Shown here: in pieces, positions 57,812 through 64,000 of the stretch
How the letters are laid out: every line of letters starts with the position of its first letter
How positions within the stretch are numbered: position 1 is the first letter of the stretch
Source: Candidatus Latescibacterota bacterium
GTDB lineage: Bacteria > Latescibacterota > UBA2968 > UBA8231
Assembly: GCA_965217585.1 (NCBI GenBank)
Contig: OZ244561.1
Location: 3,200,001-3,264,000 of the forward strand
Direction: 5' to 3'
Length of the DNA: 64,000 nt
Translations under genes and position numbers: made by a program
Notes under the pieces: generated by a model
Seen by the model: only the letters and a program-made list of their open reading frames with translations
Databases searched by the model: none
Told to the model about the DNA's origin: nothing

Positions 57812-58972
57812 GTGCAAATACAATCCATCCGCGTAGTTGACCTCCGGCTTCCACACAATCCGCCCAAAACCGCGCCTCGCCGCCCCTCTTGGAATCAGAG
57901 CGCGCCGCGTTCGTTGCCGATCAATAAGTATCCAGAATTCTCGCGCCTACCCGGCCAGATGCCGGGCATGGGCGGCGGGCCGGTATGGGTGCAGATCACC
58001 GCCGAAGACGGCACTTGGGGTTTGGGCGGCTGCTCCTTTGGCGCGCCGGTCGCCGCTATCGTCGAGCAGGTCTTCGCACCCCTGCTGACGGGCCGCGATT
58101 GTCTGGCCACGGAATTCCTCAACGACCTGATGTGGCGCGCCGCTCAGCGCCTCGGTCATGCTGGTAGCGCAGCCGTTGCCCAAAGCGGGATCGATTTGGC
58201 GCTCTGGGACCTCAAAGGCAAGCTGCTGGGCCAGCCCGTGTACCGCCTACTTGGCGGCCCCTGCCGCGACCATCTCGAACTCTACGCCACTGGCGACGAC
58301 CTCGACTGGGGCCTCGAACTGGGGTTTAATGCCTTCAAGGTCACCAATCCGGTCCACTACCGAGAGGGTCAGGAAGGACTCAACCGCCTCGAAGACAAAA
58401 TCGCCCAAGCGCGCGAAACCATCGGCCCGGACTGCGAGCTGATGCTCAACGCGGTCATGTCCTACAACGTCGAATACGCCGTTCAAGTCGCCGAACGGCT
58501 CAAGCCCTATCAGATGCGCTGGATTGAGGAGCCGCTGATTCCCACAGATCTCGAAGGCCACATCGCGCTCAAGCGGGCCGCTCCGTACGTGCCCATCGCT
58601 ACCGGTGAGGACCACCACGGTCGTCAAGCCTTCCGCCAGCTAGTCGAACACCGTTGCGTCGATGTGCTGCAACCGGATCTCAAGTGGTGCGGCGGGCTTT
58701 CCGAGGCGGTCAAGATCTACTACATCGCCGAAGCCGCCGGCCTTGTCACCATCCCCCACGGCGGCGCCAACAGTGCCTACGGACAACACTTCGCCTTTGC
58801 CTTTCCCGAGTCGCCGATGGCCGAGTTCTGGCTCGGCTCGCCCCCAGGCATTCCCTTGGATGAAGTTCCCACCATACCGGGCACAGCCGTGCCCCAAGAT
58901 GGGTGCTTGGTCCCTTCGGACGCGCCGGGCTTTGGCATGGAAATAGAAGACGATTGGATAGTGCCGCGCTGA
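57812..58972 (+). CDS. Mandelate racemase/enolase superfamily dehydratase (L-rhamnonate dehydratase-like)
   Basis: SGIDLALWDLKGK, WIEEPL, ATGEDHH, QPDLKWCGGLSE. Confidence 0.88.
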   Translation: MQIQSIRVVDLRLPHNPPKTAPRRPSWNQSAPRSLPINKYPEFSRLPGQMPGMGGGPVWVQITAEDGTWGLGGCSFGAPVAAIVEQVFAPLLTGRDCLATEFLNDLMWRAAQRLGHAGSAAVAQSGIDLALWDLKGKLLGQPVYRLLGGPCRDHLELYATGDDLDWGLELGFNAFKVTNPVHYREGQEGLNRLEDKIAQARETIGPDCELMLNAVMSYNVEYAVQVAERLKPYQMRWIEEPLIPTDLEGHIALKRAAPYVPIATGEDHHGRQAFRQLVEHRCVDVLQPDLKWCGGLSEAVKIYYIAEAAGLVTIPHGGANSAYGQHFAFAFPESPMAEFWLGSPPGIPLDEVPTIPGTAVPQDGCLVPSDAPGFGMEIEDDWIVPR

Positions 58973-58975
58973 AGC

Positions 58976-59497
58976 ATGGCTGAACCGATTCAGGAGTAGA
59001 TAAAGCGAGCTCTCGAGGTCGCAGACAGCTTGTATCACCGCTTGGTGTTGCTGGTGGGCGAGAGTGGTTCCGGCAAGACCGGTATCCTGCGCGAGGTCGC
59101 CGATGCGTTCGGTACGCAAGTTATCAATGTCAATCGAGCACTCTCATACGAGATGCTCGAACTAACGGCTCGGCAGCGATCGCTACGGCTACCGCGTATT
59201 CTCGATCAACTTGCTACCCAAGCTCAGCCGCCGGTGGTGTTTGATAATCTCGAAATCCTCTTTGACAAGGACCTCAAGTAAGATCCGTTGGGTCTGCTAA
59301 GAGACATTTCGCGGAACCGCGTCGTGGTGGCTTCCTGGAGTGGGTGCTCTGCTGGCGGGAGGCTTTTATACGCAGAGCGGGAGCACCCGGAGTACCGAGA
59401 ATATGACTCGGTCAATGCACTCATCGTGAGTATGGATGGGACGACGACGGTCAATGGGGTGCCTATCGACGGAACAGCTAGTCCCCCCCTATATTAA
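58976..59497 (+). pseudogene. brxF: BREX-3 P-loop protein BrxF with two nonsense codons
   Basis: MAEPIQE*IKRAL..LYHRLVLLVGESGSGKT..DNLEILFDKDLK*DPL..; TAG at 58997, TAA at 59279. Confidence 0.85.
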
Positions 59498-59568
59498 TGA
59501 ATATGCGGAGCGGTTCGTTAAGATGGTTTGCGAACCACCAGTAAAGAGACAGGACCAGCAGGACCAAC

Positions 59569-62500
59569 ATGAAATACGGCGATCTTATTCAATTCGACCC
59601 TATTGAGTCGGTTATTCAGTTGCGCGACGCGGACGAGTCCAGTGCCGCGCACCATCTTGTGAATACCTACGTCATTTCCGAGGAGATGGCCGAACAGCTT
59701 ACTCGGCTTGTCATCCCGCAGATGCAGTTCGACCAACCTGTCGATAACAAAGGTATTTTAGTCGTCGGTAACTACGGAACCGGTAAATCGCACCTGATGT
59801 CGGTGATTTCAAGTCTTGCCGCAGACGCCTCCCTATTGGAAGAATTGAATCACTCCGCCGTCCGCGACTCAGCCGCACAAATCGCTGGGCGCTTCAAGGT
59901 CATCCGCACAGAGATCGGGGCCACCACTATGTCCCTGCGCGACATCTTGGTCTCTGAATTGGAAGAATATCTCGAAAAGCTCGGAGTGGAATACATATTC
60001 CCCGATGTGGGTGAAATTGCTAGCCACAAGCGGGCCTTTGAAGACCTGATGGACAAGTTCGGAGAGGCTTTCCCCGAACACGGTCTGCTACTGGTAGTTG
60101 ACGAGTTACTAGACTATCTCCGTAGCCGTAGGGATCAAGAGCTGATCCTCGACCTCAACTTCCTCCGCGAAATGGGCGAAGTGTGCAAAGACCTGCGTTT
60201 CCGCTTTATGGCCGGGGTGCAGGAAGCCATTTTCGACAGCCCCCGCTTCGGCTTTGTCTCTAATAGTATCCGTCGGGTAAAAGACCGTTTCGAGCAAATC
60301 CAGATCGCCCGTAATGACGTCAAGTTCGTAGTGGCCGAGCGTCTGCTCAAAAAGACCGTCGAGCAAAAGGCCCATATCCGCGATTACCTGATGCCCTTCG
60401 CCAAGTTCTATGGCCGGCTCAACGAGCGGATGGATGAATTCGTCCATCTCTTTCCCGTACATCCCGATTACATTGACACCTTCGAGCGGGTCACGGTGGT
60501 CGAAAAGCGCGAGGTGCTCAAGACCCTATCCATACGCATGAAAGGCAAGATGGACGAAGTGGTACCGCAGGACCAACCCGGCCTAATTGCCTTCGATAGC
60601 TACTGGAACACGCTCAGTAAGAACGCGGCCTTCCGCGCCATTCCCGAAATCAGGGAGGTCATTGATTGCAGCCAAGTGCTGGAATCCCGCATCGAAAACG
60701 CCATCGCCCGCGAGCAGTACAAGCCGATGGCCCTGCGCTTGATCCATGCGCTCTCTGTCCATCGCCTGACTACTGGTGACATCTATACGCCCATAGGTGC
60801 ATCCGCCGAGGAACTGCGAGACCGCCTCTGCCTTTTTGACCCCCTGATTGAGGAATTGGGCAGCGATGAACCCGACAAAGACCTGCAAACCCACGTGGAA
60901 ACAGTTCTGCGCGAAATCGACAGAGCGGTCAGTGGACAATTCATTTCATTCAACAGGGACAATCGCCAATACTATCTGGACCTAAAAAAGACCGAAGACT
61001 TCGACGCCATCATTGACAAGCGAACAGAGAGCCTCGATAACACTCGGCTCGACCGCTTCTACTATGAGGCCCTCAAACGGGTCATGGAATGCCAAGACTC
61101 TACCTACGTAACTGGCTACAAAATCTGGCAACACGAACTTACTTGGCAGGAGCACAACGCTGCCCGCACCGGGTATCTGTTTTTCGGAGCACCCAACGAG
61201 CGCTCCACCGCCGTACCTCAGCGGGACTTCTACCTTTACTTTATCCAGCCAAATGACCCGCCCCGCTTCAGGGATGACAAAGCAAGCGACGAGGTCTTCT
61301 TTCGCCTGAAAGACACCGACGAGGAATTTGAGATCGCGCTGAAAAGCTACGCGGCGGCTTTGGACCTCGCGGGTACTTCCTCGGCCCACGCCAAAGCTAC
61401 TTATGAGGCCAAGGCTAACGGCTTTTTGCGCCAGCTAGTCCGGTGGCTACAAACGCAGATGACCAGTGCCTTTGAGGTCACCTACCAAGGCCGCACGAAG
61501 TCCATCTCCGAGTGGGCCAAGGGCAAATCCATTCGTGACCTGTCGGGCCTGTTGCCCCACGAAACCATCAACTTCCGCGATCTGATCAATACCATCGCGG
61601 GCGTCTGCTTAGCCCCGAATTTTGAAAATCAGGCTCCCGACTACCCATCCTTTTCGGTGCTGATTACCGGCAACAACCGCGCCCAAGCCGCCCAAGATGC
61701 TCTGCGGGCTATCGCCGGACAGAACCTTACCAAGCAGGCCACTGCCGTGCTGGATGCACTGGAACTGCTAGATGGTGAGAGGATGGACCCCTACAAATCA
61801 AAGTACACCCAGTTCATTATCGATGCTGTAAAGGCTAAGGGTCAGGGCCAAGTGGTAAATCGCAGCGAGATCATTCAAGACGACCAGGGGTTAGAATTCA
61901 TGGACCCCAGCGGCTTTCGTCTCGAACCCGAATGGGTAGCAGTCATCTTGGCTGCGTTGGTGTACTCCGGCGACATTGTGCTTGCTATTCCGGGGAAAAA
62001 ATTCGACGCTACCGAGCTACCGCAGCTTGCGGCCACCAGCATGGACGAATTGATCCGCTTCAAGCATTTGGAGCAACCCAAGGAATGGAACCTGCCCGCT
62101 ATCAGGGTGCTGTTTGAACTGCTCGGATTGCCGCCAGGCATGGCCCAGCTTGTTGCCCAAGGCAACGACGAACCGGTCCAGAATCTGCAGGACACTATAG
62201 GCAAGATGGTTAAGCGTGTCGTCATGGCCCAACAGGATATGCAAAAAGGGCTTTCCTTCTGGGGACAGGACTTGCTCGCCAGCACCGCCCTCGCCAGCCA
62301 GGCCGGTGCTTTGGACAAAGCCAAGACCTTCTTTGAATCGCTTCAGGCATACTCTTCCCCCGGCAGGTTGAAAAACTTCGGCTACAGTGTGCCGGAAATC
62401 ATGGCGCACGAAGAAGCTCTAACTGCTATGGATGAGTTGGACTCTTTGCGCGAGTTCGTCATAGACCATGCACCGACAGCCTCCTATCTGGCCACGGCTG

Positions 62501-63303
62501 AAGCGGTACTGCCCACCGAACATGACTGGGTGAGCCGCATGAAGAAGACCCGGCAGAACGTCCTGAGCACCCTCAGCCAAGTGCCCCGGATCGAGGCCCA
62601 ACAGTCCCAAGCCATCGGCGTAGAAATACAAAAGCTCAAGAGGGACTACATGGTCGCTTATATTGACCTTCACACTAAGGCCCGCTTAGGCGCGAACGAT
62701 GATCGGCGCAAGGCGGCACTGCTCAGCGACTCGCGATTGCAAGCCTTAGTCAAATTAGCCGACGAGATTGATCTAATGCCTCGGCAACAGCTTACCGATT
62801 TTCAGGATCGCCTAATAGCTCTGAAAAGCTGCTTCGCTCTGACCGAGCAGGAGTTGGATTCAACGCCGACTTGTCTGCACTGCGGATTTAAGCCCTCTAC
62901 CGAAACCAGCACGGTTGCAAGCCCTCAGCAGATCGATGATATGGATGATCAACTCGATGAGATGACGGAAGACTGGACCTCCATCATCCTCAGCAACTTG
63001 GAGGACCCGACCACCCAGGACAACATGGATTTGCTGAAGACGGACGACCGCGAGCCGCTGGAGGCCTTCATTCAGTCGCGTGAGCTACCGGTACCCCTAA
63101 GCAGCAGCTTTGTACATGCCCTCAAAGAAGTGCTCTCCGGTCTGATCAAAGTCACCGTCCATGCACAGGACCTGCAAACTGCCCTGAAGGTGACCGATGG
63201 CCCGGCAACTCCAGCAGAGATGAAGAACCGATTTGACGAATACATCGATCAGCTCACTAGAGGCAAAGATCCGGCAAAGGTGCGGATCGTGGTGGAAAGA
63301 TAA
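59569..63303 (+). CDS. brxC: BREX-3 ATPase BrxC/PglY (DUF6079)
   Basis: [34 protein letters not shown]-terminal KVRIVVE; 1244 aa intact. Confidence 0.88.
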   Translation: MKYGDLIQFDPIESVIQLRDADESSAAHHLVNTYVISEEMAEQLTRLVIPQMQFDQPVDNKGILVVGNYGTGKSHLMSVISSLAADASLLEELNHSAVRDSAAQIAGRFKVIRTEIGATTMSLRDILVSELEEYLEKLGVEYIFPDVGEIASHKRAFEDLMDKFGEAFPEHGLLLVVDELLDYLRSRRDQELILDLNFLREMGEVCKDLRFRFMAGVQEAIFDSPRFGFVSNSIRRVKDRFEQIQIARNDVKFVVAERLLKKTVEQKAHIRDYLMPFAKFYGRLNERMDEFVHLFPVHPDYIDTFERVTVVEKREVLKTLSIRMKGKMDEVVPQDQPGLIAFDSYWNTLSKNAAFRAIPEIREVIDCSQVLESRIENAIAREQYKPMALRLIHALSVHRLTTGDIYTPIGASAEELRDRLCLFDPLIEELGSDEPDKDLQTHVETVLREIDRAVSGQFISFNRDNRQYYLDLKKTEDFDAIIDKRTESLDNTRLDRFYYEALKRVMECQDSTYVTGYKIWQHELTWQEHNAARTGYLFFGAPNERSTAVPQRDFYLYFIQPNDPPRFRDDKASDEVFFRLKDTDEEFEIALKSYAAALDLAGTSSAHAKATYEAKANGFLRQLVRWLQTQMTSAFEVTYQGRTKSISEWAKGKSIRDLSGLLPHETINFRDLINTIAGVCLAPNFENQAPDYPSFSVLITGNNRAQAAQDALRAIAGQNLTKQATAVLDALELLDGERMDPYKSKYTQFIIDAVKAKGQGQVVNRSEIIQDDQGLEFMDPSGFRLEPEWVAVILAALVYSGDIVLAIPGKKFDATELPQLAATSMDELIRFKHLEQPKEWNLPAIRVLFELLGLPPGMAQLVAQGNDEPVQNLQDTIGKMVKRVVMAQQDMQKGLSFWGQDLLASTALASQAGALDKAKTFFESLQAYSSPGRLKNFGYSVPEIMAHEEALTAMDELDSLREFVIDHAPTASYLATAEAVLPTEHDWVSRMKKTRQNVLSTLSQVPRIEAQQSQAIGVEIQKLKRDYMVAYIDLHTKARLGANDDRRKAALLSDSRLQALVKLADEIDLMPRQQLTDFQDRLIALKSCFALTEQELDSTPTCLHCGFKPSTETSTVASPQQIDDMDDQLDEMTEDWTSIILSNLEDPTTQDNMDLLKTDDREPLEAFIQSRELPVPLSSSFVHALKEVLSGLIKVTVHAQDLQTALKVTDGPATPAEMKNRFDEYIDQLTRGKDPAKVRIVVER

Positions 63304-63356
63304 AACCAGAAATACCGTCTGGCCCGAAAAGGAAAACAGTTGATGGAAAACTTGAG

Positions 63357-64000
63357 ATGAACCAAGAACAGCAGGCCATAGAGTTTGGATCAGCAATCAG
63401 AGGTGCCCGGAATGACGGCCCGGTGACTTGCCTCGGCATAACCTTTGAAAACGACAAAGCCCGCCGCGCTCACTTTACCGAGGAACTCCGCCAGAAGCTA
63501 AAGGGCCCCGAGTTTCGCAAGATCGAGGGGATCCCGATTGGCAAGGACGAGGACATTCTGAACCTGAGTGATCCTCCGTATTATACCGCCTGCCCGAATC
63601 CTTTCATTGGGGATTTCATTAAGCACCATGGGAAGCAGTATGATCCGGAGACGGAGTATTCACGGATACTATTCTGCGGTGAGATGCGGGCTTCAACTAG
63701 GCACCCTGTATATTCGTTCCACCCGTATCACACAAAAGTTCCGCCGGATGTTATTAGACACCTCATTGAGCACTACACGATGCCGGGCGATTTAGTATTT
63801 GATGGCTTCTGCGGTACTGGCATGGCTGGTGTAGCCTCTAGGGAATCAAATCGGCACGCGATCATCGGTGATTTATGTCCAATCGCCACTTTTATTTCTA
63901 GTGTAAACAACAAAAGTCACGATTCGCAAGATGCAGTTTATTATCTAACAAATATCATCTGTGAATCAGAAAAACAGTGGGCCTACTTATACTACACAGT
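63357..64000 (+). CDS. BREX-3 DNA methyltransferase (PglXI-like), runs off the window
   Basis: VTCLGITFEND..LSDPPYYTACPNPF, HPYHTKVP, FDGFCGTGM SAM-binding motif. Confidence 0.85.
   Translation, partial: MNQEQQAIEFGSAIRGARNDGPVTCLGITFENDKARRAHFTEELRQKLKGPEFRKIEGIPIGKDEDILNLSDPPYYTACPNPFIGDFIKHHGKQYDPETEYSRILFCGEMRASTRHPVYSFHPYHTKVPPDVIRHLIEHYTMPGDLVFDGFCGTGMAGVASRESNRHAIIGDLCPIATFISSVNNKSHDSQDAVYYLTNIICESEKQWAYLYYT

Noticed and set aside
37235-59281. Stop-codon recoding suggested by in-frame TAG codons in the barrel gene and brxF
   Set aside because: The second brxF stop is TAA, the implied residues differ (Trp vs Gln/Lys), and many intact genes here end normally in TAG.

Overview
High-GC (~60-65%) bacterial chromosomal window, probably from an uncultured diderm heterotroph; a Latescibacterota/Gemmatimonadota-like, possibly sponge-associated origin is a low-confidence guess from gene content. 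The backbone holds a form II-like molybdoenzyme cluster (coxE, xdhC, mocA, coxG-S-L-M), ettA, sat, purN, arsC and several catabolic enzymes. It is repeatedly interrupted by accessory DNA: five toxin-antitoxin loci (two with only toxin stubs left), a TetA(P)-like MFS gene with a leader ORF, an archaeal-like redoxin, a propeller-sigma54 activator next to decaying outer-membrane protein genes, and a low-GC ynbAB-like pair. Further along are a kinase-like/Omp85 + DUF4956 + propeller operon, a 4.68 kb IS1595 cargo transposon with a nested DDE IS splitting an EcsC gene, a TnpB-only IS200/IS605 element, and the start of a type 3 BREX locus with a pseudogenised brxF. The least explained patterns are: (i) integrase-free insertions bounded by diverged copies of host gene ends, each copy abutting a TA module; (ii) a repeated hairpin+RBS unit driving antisense-overlapping ORF pairs inside the IS1595 cargo; (iii) reuse of promoters/leaders by unrelated genes. 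No rRNA, tRNA or CRISPR array was seen. All family assignments are from motif recognition, not database searches.
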